Shown: positions 39,301 to 53,073 of the stretch, piece by piece | Position numbering within the stretch: the stretch's first letter is position 1 | Layout: the number at the start of each line of letters is the position of its first letter | From: Microthyrium microscopicum | Taxonomy: Eukaryota | Length of the DNA stretch: 64,000 nt | Reading direction: 5' to 3' | NCBI GenBank assembly: GCA_010405405.1 | Contig: MU004233.1 | Location: 2,644,539-2,708,538, forward strand | Made by a program: the position numbers and the translations under genes | Notes under the pieces: model-generated | Databases searched by the model: none | What the model was told of the DNA's origin: nothing | What the model saw: only the letters and a program-made list of their open reading frames with translations

Positions 39301-40435
39301 CGGAGAATACTATCGACAATTTCGCGATTGTATTTTTGGCATCGCAACGCTGGACTGCCTTTTCAGCCTGGCCGAGATTGCCAATCAGCCAGGTTACTGT
39401 AAGCCGGATTTTTCCACAGGAGACCCTCATATCGAAATCAAGCAAGGGAGACATCCAATGGTAGAGCAGCTGCTTCTCGACAATTATGTTCCCAACGATA
39501 TCGATATAGGTCCTTCTGGAACAACAAATGCACTCCTCATTACTGGTCCCAACATGGGGGGAAAATCGTCCTATGTTCGGTCGATGTCTTTAATTTGCAT
39601 CATGGCCCAGATAGGTAAGTTGTTCCTCGTGCAAAAGTATCTTCATTTGATCTCATACCATTCTGTAACACCCATCATGCTCTAAGGCTTCCATAGACTG
39701 CGATGCATAGCATCAGAACCAGCATTTGCTCTGATGGATCTGTGGCGTAATATTGCACTAACACCCTCCTGCAGGCTCATTTGTTCCAGCCGATTCCGCC
39801 CGGCTAAGCTTATTAGATGGTGTTTACACTCGCATGGGGGCATTGGACAATATAATGAAGGGAGAAAGCACGTTCATGGTAGAACTTGGCGAGACTTCGC
39901 AAATCTTGAAGCAAGCTACGCGCCGCAGCCTAGTCATCCTTGACGAACTTGGTCGAGGCACGTCTACTATGGACGGTGTCGCCATAGCGGAAGCTGTCTT
40001 GCAGTTCCTGATCGACCGCGGCATCATGACCCTGTTTATCACGCACTATCAAGATCTGGCCAAGGTTGCTCTCGGAAACAAGAGCCTAAAAAATGTGCAT
40101 GTCAAATTCCGGGAGACCGACCAGGACAACGCTATAACGTTTCTCTATCAAATCTCAGGGGGAGTTGCCCATCGGAGCTATGGGTAAGTCGAAGCTAATA
40201 AGATTTTGATATAATAAATTTTCCGAACTAACACCATTAACCCAGACTGCACGTTGCTCGCCTTGCCAATATTCCGAGGTCTATTATCGAACTTGCCGCC
40301 GTCAAAAGCCGGGAATTGGAGATGAAAATAAGCCATCGGAGGGCTACTAACTTGGGAAAATTGGTAACTCAATTTCTTAGAGGAGAGTCGACTGCTGTAG
40401 AACGCTTATTATGTGCCTCAACTGAGGCAGGCTAG
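36364..40435 (+). CDS. MSH3: DNA mismatch repair protein Msh3; introns 37243-37561, 38813-39193, 39615-39774, 40184-40245
   Basis: [11 protein letters not shown]-box-like motif, [36 protein letters not shown] region, [18 protein letters not shown]. All splices in frame. Confidence 0.95.
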
Positions 40436-41814
40436 TAAGGACTTATACATGAAGTATTTACAAATAACATTATTCCCATTAGAACGGCTGATTTTCATGT
40501 CACAGAAATCTTATGCGAGTTATTAATGCCGTGACGTGAATACGTCAGTCAGTTGGTTCACGAAAGCTGCAGGTTAGAGAGATTAGAGGACTTGAACGCT
40601 TCCTCAGTATTCTCACGGACCATGTCGCGAAACTGGTATGTATGCGGCCACATACCCGACCTTCGTAACCTAGCAGTCGGCCTTGTGTTGCACACCCGAC
40701 TACCGAGATCCCAAAATAAATGAACGTGTAGTTGCGGCTGAACTTTATTTGTACATCTTGGTATCTTGCTAGTGTATTGTCTGATAAGGCTCATAGCCTT
40801 GTTCGGGCTAGTACCTACCATTTACGACAGAATGAACAGCCATACAAGCGTAGGTCAAGGATTATTGGCGTCGCGTTCCTGTTTATCAGCCTTATATATC
40901 TGCAGGATATTGAGCCGTCACCCTGCCATATCCCGACTAGGGGCAAAGTTTTATGCCACATCCTTGTCGAGCCGAAGTTTGTCAATATCAAAGTTCAAAA
41001 TACCAGCAAGATTTGATCATCTGCGGTGAGCTAGCTCTGGACTTCCATGGGATGGGAATATCGCCGTTGGATAACCTAAGGTCTAATTTTAACAACCATA
41101 TTCGCTACTCTGAGAGTGAGATGCAAGAGTTTTAGAAGCTGGGAAAAAGTGTGAGCTCGGAAAACCCACTCGTTTGGATATACTAAATGATGGGTTTGTA
41201 AATACATGACGCAAGAGTTCTTGGGTTCGGCGCTCATATAGATTCTCTCCGATTCTGCCTAGGCACTATGTGGATAAGAAGACAGACAGTCATTGGATGA
41301 CGGACATGATCGAACAGTGTCCAAGGGACCAAGCATGAACTAGATTAAGACGGTAGTGTGGTGCCAACGACTACTTCGCCCTAAAGCTTCCAAGAATAGG
41401 CCCTTCGAAAATGGTTCGGTAACGACTGAGAAGATCATAACATCGGTCGTGTACCGTTATATGGCAAATCTCCGACAATCTTCTCCCATGGTGCTAGCTT
41501 GCGGTCCAGTCGACCAATTGGGATGTCAACATTCCATCCCGGCATCGACTTTTGGTTCGTCGGGCTCTGGATACTTCCAGATAGTGAACTTTGTGTAGGG
41601 GTATTAGTGCCGCTGCGCAATATCTCGATCGGCTTGTGAATGAAATCCTAGGTGTTGTCCATATTAAGAGGTATAAAAGAGCTCTGTGCCATCCTCTTTT
41701 GAAGGTCCTCATTCAGTAAACATATCACATCGATAACATTCATTCTATAAATTCCTTGCAACACAACATCTGTTACCATTCAGACTCATTATTCTATCAC
41801 AATCATCTGATACA

Positions 41815-42390
41815 ATGCGCTTCGCTCTGATCTCAACACTTGCCATGGTGGGCACATCGCTCGCCCTCCCAGCCGACCTCGAGAAGCGAGACGCTGGTGT
41901 AACGGTCAACAATGGCATCGTAGCCACCACAAGCGCTCTTACCACCCTAGAGGCTCACCTCCACAACCCAATACCATTTCAGTCAGATCGGATCGGCGAC
42001 TTCCTCTGGAAAGCCGTTCAACTCAATGACAAGGTCAACAACGAGCTCTACGCCGCCGCAATTGCCACCAACAAATTGGACAAAGGAGAAAAGATAGGCT
42101 ACCTCACCGACAATCTCGCAATGTCAGCACTACTCACGCCTTTGTCGAACAAATTAAGCAGCGCAGTGGATCACTGGATTCAGGATCGACCAGCCGTCAC
42201 CAGATTCAACCCTGCTGCCCAACAAAGCATCTTGCAGAGCCTCAAGACAACTAGACAAAATGCGAACATGTTTGCACAAGCCGTTCTCGCACGTCAAAAA
42301 ACCGGAGTCGTCTTGATCGCAGGCCCAATCACCAGCATGCTCACCAGCCAAGTCGATCGTGCTATAACCGAATACTCAAAACGGTATTGA
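41815..42390 (+). CDS. Small secreted helical protein, HsbA/Mp1p cell-wall-protein-like
   Basis: Signal peptide plus KR Kex2 site; 191 aa, Cys-free, amphipathic; TATAAAA at ~41672. Confidence 0.7.
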   Translation: MRFALISTLAMVGTSLALPADLEKRDAGVTVNNGIVATTSALTTLEAHLHNPIPFQSDRIGDFLWKAVQLNDKVNNELYAAAIATNKLDKGEKIGYLTDNLAMSALLTPLSNKLSSAVDHWIQDRPAVTRFNPAAQQSILQSLKTTRQNANMFAQAVLARQKTGVVLIAGPITSMLTSQVDRAITEYSKRY

Positions 42391-45098
42391 TCAATCTACT
42401 TGAGTTGTTTGTCTTTCTTGTTTAGCGAAATTCTTGTCATATTTTTATGTATTAGTACAAACTACCGTACCATAACTTGTATATACCACGGCGCATCTAA
42501 GATGGTCTTAGCAGGCGGAAAACAATAGAACCACCATATCATGATCATAATTCCTCCCTTCTGCTATGAACGAGTGATTTTAATAGTCCTAGCTTACGTA
42601 TGATATAAATTGATATCGGATCTGTCCCAAAACGCTTGCTCTACCTAGGTACTTAGCCATTGCCTGCAAATGAGTTTGTGTGAAACAGCCAAGTAATCAA
42701 CACCCGTGAACATGAATCTACACCTGAAAGAGAGCCGATGGACCACTTCGTCATCTCCTCTATGAGTTAGTGTTGGCTCGCTTCCAACTTAGACAGGCTC
42801 TTCGGGTGTACTTTGGTACATCAAACGTTAATCTCCTCTGCGATGGCTCAATCGACAGACGATGAGGTACTGGAAATAAAGAAGGGGACTTGAGTGTCTT
42901 GTCATTACCCTAGAATTGACAACTACCAGGTAGCTAATGTCTCTTGCCCAGTAATTTGGAAGAGGCCTCAGTGTCTCTAGGGCTGATATCGCGCCCAAAA
43001 CTCCCCAGAAACTAATACCTGAATTTCAGGTTGGCAGTCAGACCTAATGGCTTTGTGTTCTCTCTTTCGAATCGTCCAATTGCTTTGCAATAGAACATTT
43101 CCTACCCTGCACGGCAACTCATACGGCGGGCAATGCTGACAAAATATGACTCTCAAATCCCTGCAATGTTGTCTCTTATAAAGTATCTTCAAAACTTATC
43201 ACATCTGTAGCCCATTTCAACGATAACCAGTTCCTACGGTGACGCAGATGTGACAGGAACTCAACTGCATTCTGAGCCTGAAATCACCGCGTGGGTTTCA
43301 GGTCACTCATATCACTGCCTATTCCCTCATTCCATAAACGGTGAATCAGTATGCCCGGAAACACTCCAAGAAGTCGGGAATTTCAGATATGTCTTGGTGG
43401 ACCACCTTATGGTCATTGGCGACAGACAGCCTAGGCAGATCAAGGCGTCGGAGGGCCTGAGGTTTGATAACCTCTATGAATCGAAAAAGCGAGGTAATTG
43501 TGGTCAATAATATTAGTACCTTATGGAACATAAGATATTAACCAAGCAAAATAATTGTCATCGCGGCATCGGCCTCGGGCATAGGTTTAGCCCTCAACTT
43601 CGATGCAGTACTAACATGTCATGATCGATAAGATAATTTGCGCCAGGAGTCTTTGCAGTGAGTGGACTTTTTGTCGCAAGCGAATTGTTCTTAGCGAGCA
43701 AGATTTCTAGGGCAGTCAAGTCATCCCATCACCGAGGCGGCTCTGTGTTTATTCTCGGATGCAGGCTCCCTTTGCTATCTGTCGGGTTTTGCTTAGTCGC
43801 GGTAATAATTGAAGCTTCTAGCTTATTTTGCTGTCTTCTAGAAACTCCATGACCTTGTTCGTACCTCTATATGACTCTCGCAATATGGGGTCGCTACAGA
43901 TTAGCTCTTTTTCGGACTTTGCGAATTAGTGGTATGAGTGAGTTATAGCCGATAGTTAGAACTCAGAGGAGCATTGATATATCGGATCGTCGGATCATCG
44001 ACAATCGGAGATTTACCTTTGTGTGTAGGCTTGGTAATCTTGAAAGCCTAGGCGTCTAAATTTAACTTTCGGTCTTCATATCACAAGTTAGATCATGGCC
44101 ATTTGTTACGACACAATATCTCCCATCCATTCATGACGTACCAAGCCTTGGTGCGCATCTATCAATGCGATCATGATGATATGATACTGTTTTCCATGTT
44201 CCTGGAGGAAGGATAACGCTCTGATCTTGCTGTTAGATCGATTTGGCCATGTGACGCAACATGGCAGAGGTTTCCACGCAAGAAGATAGGATTGACTGCG
44301 TTCGTTCGTGGTATCAACAGCTTGGGAGCCCGATTTACATACTTAGTTTCATAAGCGCTGCAAACCATCTCAGAGTAGGCTGTCGTCCAGTCCTTGCTGT
44401 TTCTTCACAAAAAGGAGTCTAGACGCTCTCGCACCTCGCCAATGCGCACGCTCATTTCCAATGTGTTTACCTCCATAATATACTTCTCATGGACGGTAGT
44501 TGGACTCAGGTCGCATAACAGGTCGCGAACACATCTATAGTATTACAGGGAAGCCCTGATGCTAGTAATGAGAGCACGGGTGAAACATATTTCTGGGGTA
44601 GCAAGCTGACCGCGGGGAGCATTGTTTTGTTTGGCAGAGTTCAACATATGAAAAATGATGGTAAAGAGAAATGTTGGCGATGTCGTTGGTGGTTGGCAGA
44701 TTGGCTTCGCTTGGGAGACCATCAAATCATCCACTAACATTCAATACAGCTGGTCCAGACCATTTCAGGACTAGCGGCATGAGTGATGGACCAGTTCATT
44801 GGATCATCATCGCGAGTTGAGCCGCTTGGCTTCGAGAACATCGCGGGAACTTCATTGCTTCAAAGGAACCGGACCTCAAGGGGTCATTTTCCCCTGCTTG
44901 TTGCCATCTATCCTGTGCCTGAAGCATCGAGCGCAGCTTTCGAATACTCTGCTCATAAGTTGGGCCCGGTCGCCACTACCATACCACGCGCTGTTCTCCT
45001 CTACCACCAACGTCCTTAAAAATGTCGACTGCTCCACAATAAGCAACTAAGACTCCAATACTCACACATCCGGCGAGCGGGCAAGCGAGTAAACGAAG

Positions 45099-46940
45099 AT
45101 GCCTTTGGGAATATTGGAATCGCGTGAGCCAGAGGTGCCAGGTAAAAATAGAGCTCATCGTCAACGCGGGGCAACCTGCTAATTCCTCAAGGGACGGTAT
45201 ACATTCTCGATCACGCAAACGCCTCCGATAACATTCAACTGGACCCAAATCTCAAACACGATACTTCTGGCAAAGTTACCAGAATACTGGTGCCACAGCC
45301 CTCAGATGATCCAAATGATCCCCTTGTATGACACGAACTTTACACATATATTGAATATCATGGGCTAACGATTTCAGAACTGGTCGATATGGAAGAGAGA
45401 TAGAATCCTCTTCATTATATCTCTTCAGGCTGTCATAGCTGCATCGCTCTCCCCGCTACTCGCTGCCGACACAGTATCATTATCACTTTACTATGGACGA
45501 GGATATACCTTCACCAAGGTCGCCCTACTGACCGGCTACCATCTTCTAGGAGTTGGAATCGGAGGTGTACTATTTGTTCCCTCATCACGTATCTGGGGAA
45601 AGCGCCATGCCTTCCTACTCGGCAACCTAATAGTAATCATCAGTTCAGCATGGGGCGGCGGATCTGGCAAAAATTACAAATCTGCTCTCGCGGCCCGTAT
45701 CTTCCAAGGTATAGGACTCGCACCTTTTGAAGCACTAGTCAACGCAACTGTCGGCGACCTCTACTTCGTACACGAACGAGGCAAACGCATGGCCCTCACC
45801 AACTTCTGCGTCTTTGGCGGCTCCTTCATGACACCCATAATCGTCGGCAAAATGGCCAGCACTCTCGGATGGCCCTGGACCTTCTACTTCGTCGCCATCT
45901 TCAGTGCTGCCATGTTTCCACTGCTCTTTTTCTTCGTGCCTGAAATGGCTTATCGCCGGGATGACCGCCTCAACACTGACATGGGCCTCATCGTACTGGG
46001 CACCAACCAACTTGCAACCTCCACCACCACCCCTGCGGGGGTTCTCGATAGCCACGATCAACATACCTCTCCCAGCGAGTCGTTCGCCGAAAAGCCCACA
46101 TCAGCACCCGCAGCTCACCTGCAGGCACAGTCCTTCAAGTCCAGCCTCTCCCCCTTCAATGGCCGCAAAACAGACGAAGCATTCTGGAAACTCTTCCTCC
46201 GCCCCTTTCCCCTCTTCCTGCACCCTACCATCTTCTGGGCCGTGTTAATCCAAGGAACGCTCATCGGATGGACCGTCTTTCTCGGCATCGTCCTCGCCGC
46301 CATCATGCTCGGGCCTCCATTATTCTTCAACGAAGTAAAGACAGGATACATGTACACAGGCGCCTTCATTGGAGCCATCATCGGCTTCCTAATCGCCGGC
46401 CTCCTCTCAGATAGCATACCGAACTACCTCACGCGCCGCAATGGAGGCCGCTACGAACCTGAATTCCGTCTATGGCTCGTCCTACCTCAACTCATACTGG
46501 GTTGTGCTGGTCTCTACGGTTTCGGCATTACGTCCGATAATACGTACAAGTACGGCTGGTTCTGGCCTGACTTTTTCTTTGCGCTCGAGGTCGCGGGTAT
46601 GGTAGTTGGCGCAGTGGCGAGCAGTCTTTATGTGGTTGATGCGCATCGTGGGATTGCGATTGAGGCTTTCACGTGTATGATGGTGTTCAAGAATGTGTTT
46701 TCATTTGGGCTCACGTTTAGTGGGTATGATTGGCTTGCGGCGACGGGAATCAAGCCTATTTTTATTGCGATTGCTAGTGTGCAGGTTGGAGTGTGTTTGC
46801 TGACGATACCACTCTGTAAGTTTCTTTATTCAAGAATAATGATGGAGTTGTGCTAACCATTGTGTCTAGATATTTTCGGGAAGCGGAATAGAGCGTTCTT
46901 GGCGAAGCATGACATACTCAAGGCCATTGGGCTGTCGTAG
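45099..46940 (+). CDS. MFS transporter (HOL1/DHA1-like); introns 45142-45190, 45326-45377, 46816-46869
   Basis: LVPQPSDDPNDPL|NWS, WGKRH, DLYFVHERG, YEPEFRL, YIFGKRNR. Confidence 0.9.
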
Positions 46941-47163
46941 TGGAGATTACTGGAGCTGGGGCGATAATATGCTATTTCGTAATCTTAGTATAATCTCATA
47001 ATGACTGGCAGAATAACTTCATGTCCAGATTCAAGTGTCAAAACCCAATATTATCTGTTGTGATCTGCATTATTGATCAATATCTCTCTATATACACCCG
47101 CCCTCCTCGTCCCATGCAATCGTAAACAAGCATCAAAAACAATAAACCCGACATCCGCTACCT

Positions 47164-48371
47164 CTAACCAGCCGCCTCCATCTTATCCAGGACGGCTCGA
47201 GTGAATTCGTGCGTTGTCGATGAGCCGCCCATATCGCGTGTTCGTGCCTTCCCTTGACCAATTACGTCGTATACAGCCTTGCTGATACGGTTCGCATGCT
47301 CATCTAGACCAATATGTCGCAACAACATTGAAGCGGAGAGCAACATAGCGGTAGGATTTGCCTGGTCCTTGCCCTTGATATCGAGACCGACGTGACGGCA
47401 ACCTGGCTCGAAAACAGCGACATCGCGGCCCATGTTGCAACCAGGTACAATACCTGGGCCGCCGACTAGTCCAGCGCCAATGTTGGATAGAATGCCGCCG
47501 TACAAGTTTGGCATGACCATGACGTCGAATTGCTGAGGTCGGGATACACATTGCATGCTGGCGTTGTCGACGATCATGTCATTTGTCTCGAGTGTAGGAT
47601 AGTCTTCGGCGACCTTCTTGAATGTGTTGCGGAAGAGACCGTCTGCGAGCTTCATGATGTTGGCTTTGTGGATACATGTGACCTTCTTGCGGTTGTTGGC
47701 GAGCGCAAAGGCGAATGCGAATTTGGCGATGCGTTCTGACTTGGCACGTGTGATGATCTTGAGGGATTCGACTACTCCGCTGACACTCTGGTGCTCTAGA
47801 CCAGAGTACTCGCCCTCTGTGTTCTCACGGATAATGCAGAGATCTACATTCTTGTGCCGTGTTTCGTAGCCGGGGATGTTTTTGACCAGCACAACACTGG
47901 CGTAGATATCGAGTTCCTGTCGAAGCGCGACGTTGAAACTCTGGTGGCCGGACCGCTCAACGGGTGTATGTAGGATACCCTTGAGACCGAGCTTATTGCG
48001 CTTCAAAGAAGCGATAGATTCGCGGAAGAGCTCCTCAGCATGCTTGTCACCATCATCCATGCCAGACACGTCGACTTGTTCCCACTCAATGGGCACGTTG
48101 TCGGCCTTGAAGATTGCTTTGACGGATTCACTGACTTCGGCGCCAATACCGTCACCGGGGATCAGGGTTACGGTATATTTGCCGCCGAACTTTGTGGGCT
48201 TGAAGATATCGGATTGCACAGTGGCCATGCCTATGGAAGAGAGTAGAATTAGTACTCGGTATGGTCATCGAGGATGAGATTGCGGGATTAATTACTGCGG
48301 ATTGCTTGACGTGGGACTTGAGCTGACCGAGCAGCGCTCCGCAAAAGGAGAGGAGACCGTGAACTCAGCAT
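47164..48371 (-). CDS. IDH1: NAD-dependent isocitrate dehydrogenase subunit 1, mitochondrial; intron 48231-48295
   Basis: Arg/Ser-rich presequence, PTKFGGKYTVTLIPGDGIG, RENTEGEYSGLEH, HKANIMKLADG. Confidence 0.96.
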
Positions 48372-48772
48372 GGCTATTGTCAATTGTGCTGGCCAGATAT
48401 GCGGAGGAGGGGATTGAGGCTGGAGGAGTAGAGAGAAGACTGGTGGTGAAGCTTGAAGTGTCCAGTCGAGAAGATGAAGGCTTGAAGATAAGATGGAGAG
48501 AGCAGGGCTGGAGCTCCAGCCAATGAGCAGGCGCTACTGAGCACTAACCTCCACCCATGTTACCGCATGCAGCTCCAACAACATTTCTAGATCCTCCACC
48601 ACAAACAACACCAACATTCCGTATTATCGCGCGCAATCGATCAAAATCTTCCGGCAAGATAACATCACGCGCTTTGATCCAAATCATCCCGAGCCATCAA
48701 AAACGGAGTCGGAGCATATCATCGCATACTTGCCCACAATAAGCAGCTTCCCAACCTTAAAGCATCAGCAAC

Positions 48773-49369
48773 ATGCCTCCTGGGCGACCTGATCCAGATC
48801 TCACCGCGGCCGACGGTATATCAGCCTTCTATTGTCGAATGCTTGAGCGCCACTAACCTCTGGATATAGCCGCAACAACATTTGCCACAAACTACTACAA
48901 CGCCCTTCGAGACAGTCGATCCGCCATCAAAAACTACTACTGCGAGCCCGCCGCCGACTCCGCCATCAAAGTCCCGCGAATAATATGGAACGGCAACGAA
49001 ATCCCGGATGTTGATGCCATGCAAAAACTCTTTGTCGACGAAATGCCTCCTACCTTCTACGAGGTTCAAGCTGTCGACGCGCAAGTCCTCAATTCTCGCT
49101 ATTTTCCTGATCTAGGCAGCGATCGCAACATCTCCATCGCTGTCACTGTTGCAGGCTTTCTACGACTGGAGCATCCAAAGACTGGACCACTGCACGAGTT
49201 CAGCGAGAACTTCATTCTGATCCCAAACCGAGCGAAACTAATGAACAAGGGTGTGGGGCAGAGCAAAAGGGATTGGTTGATTCAGAACCAAATCTTTCGA
49301 TATGTGGTTACTCATGATCCTATTGAGACGGCTGGCTGGACGACTACCATGGAGGTTGACGCCAGCTGA
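48773..49369 (+). CDS. NTF2-like export protein (Nxt1-like); intron 48816-48869
   Basis: AATTFATNYYNAL...IIWNGN...YEVQAVDAQVLN...FSENFILIPN...WLIQNQIFRYV. Confidence 0.8.
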
Positions 49370-50155
49370 GAAAGAAAGCTAGGAATTTAAGCAAATCTGA
49401 AGGATGAGCATAAAGAATTACACTCAAAAGGGATGGGAATCGGATCTCAGATATCGCATCTCACAATCCATGAAGGAACTGAAGATTCGCCTTGTCGACT
49501 AAATTCAAAATTGCAAGAGAATAGGTAAAACATGTCCTGCGCTTAGAGAATCAAGCTAACTCTGTGTAAAGGATAATAGCATGCAAATGAAACTGTCGAC
49601 ATCAATCTACGCACTCTTGAATCTGATTCAGGACATTAACACATATAGCGTCCACTAGCATAAGGCACTTGACTTAACACTAAGTTTTAAAAAAAAAACC
49701 AGTTTCCTTCATCTGTCCCAAAACCTCGGAAATTTCCCATCGCATCTTATGGGCTGGTTCGCACCTCCTGGGTGCTTTTAAATATTACAGCCTTCTGGTA
49801 GCTTCAGCCGAATTGCAGTCTGTCTCATCTTGACCCAGTCAGTCTGTTTGATTGCTGCTCTTGCAGGACTCATGGCGAAAGAGCAAGCGACTCTATTCCT
49901 CTACTTTATGGTTGCCTAAAACATCAGCCTAGAATATCTCGTTGACACTTCTTACTCAATTGGGATGTCTACCTGTGCATCTAGGCTCAGCTGAGCTTCT
50001 AGGTATTTCTCAATTTATGTCTTCCTTTACTTCTCTCTTCCATTGTCTGCTTCTTGTTAGTAACTTTGCTACTTACTACACACTGATTTTGAAAATATAT
50101 ATATTCCAGACTCTTGACCCCATTTCCAAACCTTTTTGCTTGAAAGCCGATCAAG

Positions 50156-51851
50156 ATGATTGTCCAGGAGAAGGATTCAAAGGGCAATGTTGTCCGCGAA
50201 GTCACTGTCGATTTCCTCTCCGACAAGATGATCACCGACGAATATCTCCCCATTGACTCGGCAGCGCAATTGGGAAGGGACGGTGCTTTTCGAGCCGTCG
50301 TTCCTGCGAAACTCAATAAGCTACTATCTGTCTCCATTAAGATGAAGGGAGCTTGGGGATCCGATGAAGTAGTCATGGACATGTATGTTGATGGACTTCT
50401 TAGAAACACCTTCAGCAGCCACCTCAAATACAAAGCCGGAAGACACCGCTATCACAAGTTCGAGACCGCTTTTTTCAAGAGGGCTCTTCAGGAAGATACC
50501 TGCTACGAAGGCGAAATGTGGTGCATCGACCGTTCAGATCGTGACCAATCAAGCCTCGGTTTTGGAAGAAACGGATCCCAAGGCACTGTACAGCTGGCAT
50601 TCTACTTTTCCTGCGACGACAAAGAGACCCTGCGATCGGCGCCAAACTTGACATTTTTAGGCACAATCGGCCCAGAGCTCTTCCATGAAGAGGGCAAACC
50701 TACTACCATAGTACAATTTCGATCTATCGATACCCAGAAGGGACCGGCCGCTCTCAACAAAGTGAAGAATCTCACTAGGAGAGTCAGACCACACCACAGA
50801 TGGGCTATCTGTCGCTTCCTGTATCGCCAAGAAGGTTCTTTCTTCCCTTCATCATATCCTATCTAGGAAGCTACTAAATGATTCTCAGAGCAGATTAAAG
50901 AGGGAAAGTACGAACTCTTCCCAAATTCTCAGCGAGCTTGCGTAGTTGAGCCGATTCACCCTCACATCACTTCCCTCTCAACTCAAAATTCGAGCAAGAA
51001 CAGTAAAGATACTGGCTCAGACACCAAAATGAAGCCCAAAATAGTAGAAACGGCCTCGAAGAACGACAAGAATATCACCAAGAACACCTCAAAACCACAC
51101 ACCAAAGCACCTTCCAACCCATCAGCACCCTCAAAATCATCAAAAATCAGCGCTCCCGAAGCCACAGCACAAAACACGACATCTTCCCATCAACTCAGCT
51201 GTCCAGTAAAGACTACGATGGCTCCCATCGCACTCGATAAAAATTTGAGCGTTTCGACCCGACCCAAGATCACCAAACTCCCATCGAATACAGTGGCTCC
51301 CATCGCACTCGCTGGCCAAAAGCGTCCTCGGCAGGATTCTGTAATTGCTACTCCAGCGGTCAAAAAAACCAAAATCATACCCCCTGCGACCCCACCAGAC
51401 ATCACAAAGATCGCAATCAACGACAAGAGTCGTGAGATTATTGCTGCCCAGAAAGCCGCTGATGACAGTATGGTGAGTCCTACCTTACCCTTCCTGCCCT
51501 GCACTTCTTCCTAGCGCCTCCTTTCTTGCCCATCTACAACGATATCTACCTCGCCAGCACGCGCGACGTGTATAAATACGCTCTGAGCTCCAGCGCGCTC
51601 GCTCAGGCTGTGGAGCAGGAGAGCGACGCGCGTTACTTTCTATATCAGACGGCGAACTAACGAGCGTGTTTCACAGGCTGAGCTACAGCAGCGACATAAG
51701 CAGAACCGTGATTTGAAGGGTGAAGAGCTACGTCTGAAGGCCATCAACGTATGTTTCTACACTACATTCTGCGTGTAAAGCAGTAACTAATGAGATGTAG
51801 GACTTTCGTGGAGCGCTAGAGAAGCTGCTTAAACGTGAGCCGTCGAAGTGA
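50156..51851 (+). CDS. Hypothetical protein (globular N-terminal domain, K/P/S-rich linker, short helical tail); introns 50834-50888, 51472-51676, 51749-51800
   Basis: ORFs join in frame through canonical introns; family not recognised. Confidence 0.6.
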
Positions 51852-53073
51852 GCGGACTCTGGAGTGGATGGAAAGAAGGCGGATGGAGAATAGGTGCTGC
51901 GATGGGCAACTTGAGTTATTCTGGGCAGATGAGAGAATCTGGAATATGTCAGGAAATTGAACTTGCGTTGCTTGGATATTGCTTTCAGATGTTTGGATGA
52001 GGATGAATTGAAGAGAAAGGGGATGAGGAATTGTTTGGTTTTGATGTGGAAGGTGAAAAGTATGGTTCTGCCATGAAATAGGATGGGCAATATGAAGTGC
52101 GATGGGAGTTATATCATGCAATGGCAAACCGCCACACCGCATAGGTGTGATGGCAACTGAATTTTTTTGGATTTGAATATCGTGTACACCGATTGCTTAT
52201 AATGACATCTTACTTTCATCAATGAACCCGCTAATCTTTGCATAGTGAGTTCTATTGGTGCAGCTAAGTTGTAGGTATTTCCCAAGATAGCTCAGTTTAT
52301 AGAAAAAGCCATTCGTAAGCATATTTGATGATACTCGAGGTGGCCTTGGTCTTTGTTTCAGTGCTTATGACCAGGCTCTTGTTTTCTTTTAGTCATGAAC
52401 ATGGACTTACCCGCCTATACGTTTATATCATCAATTTTGCTCATCTATACCATCTGCGTTTCAAGATTGTCCTATGTTTCATGATCATATGTAGTTGAGG
52501 TGGCAAGGCTGAAAGCAAGGCTGGGACAGCGACCACGCCCAATTGAGCTAGCATGAAACGTGGGACAGAAGAGGCTGCACTATGCCGCTTTTTCCTTAGC
52601 TCGCTCACGTGGCTCTGAAATATCGAGATTTGAACCACCCGTGCGGTCCGTGCCAGCTCATTTCCAATTCCATTGCAAGTTGGCATCTGGGTTACTGGGT
52701 ACATGATAGGCGTGCTTTATTATACGATAATCATGAGATGGGACGATTCGCCAACAAGAGTTGTTGATGTTTTGCATGCTTGAAAAGGCCAGAGCAAAAG
52801 ACAAGGCAACTAATATCCGGCCGGCATTAAAGTTATATCGAAAACCCTGAAGACCCATGAGCCTGGTCCTACATCTGCATGCACACTCACTATCCGCATC
52901 GTCCTTGGCTCGCCACCCGGAGCTCAACCTATTTTATTTCGCCTTGGTACTCGCAACTTGCCTATTGACACTGATGATCCGGGAGGTGCCGTGCAACTTC
53001 AACTTCCCCTTGAACCGCTGGTTCGCTACACCAGTCCACGGCGGGCACTGTTCCTTCCCCGCGTCTACCTCTC

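Noticed and set aside
37243..39774. Stwintron (nested intron) explanation for the long MSH3 introns
   Set aside because: Outer donors and acceptors are already intact, and no convincing internal branch/acceptor set was found.
40520..41140. Short ORFs and intron-like signals downstream of MSH3
   Set aside because: No consistent spliced ORF or recognisable protein could be built.
42400..45050. Long intergenic region with short ORFs
   Set aside because: No recognisable domain, repeat or transposon signature; treated as upstream region of the MFS gene.
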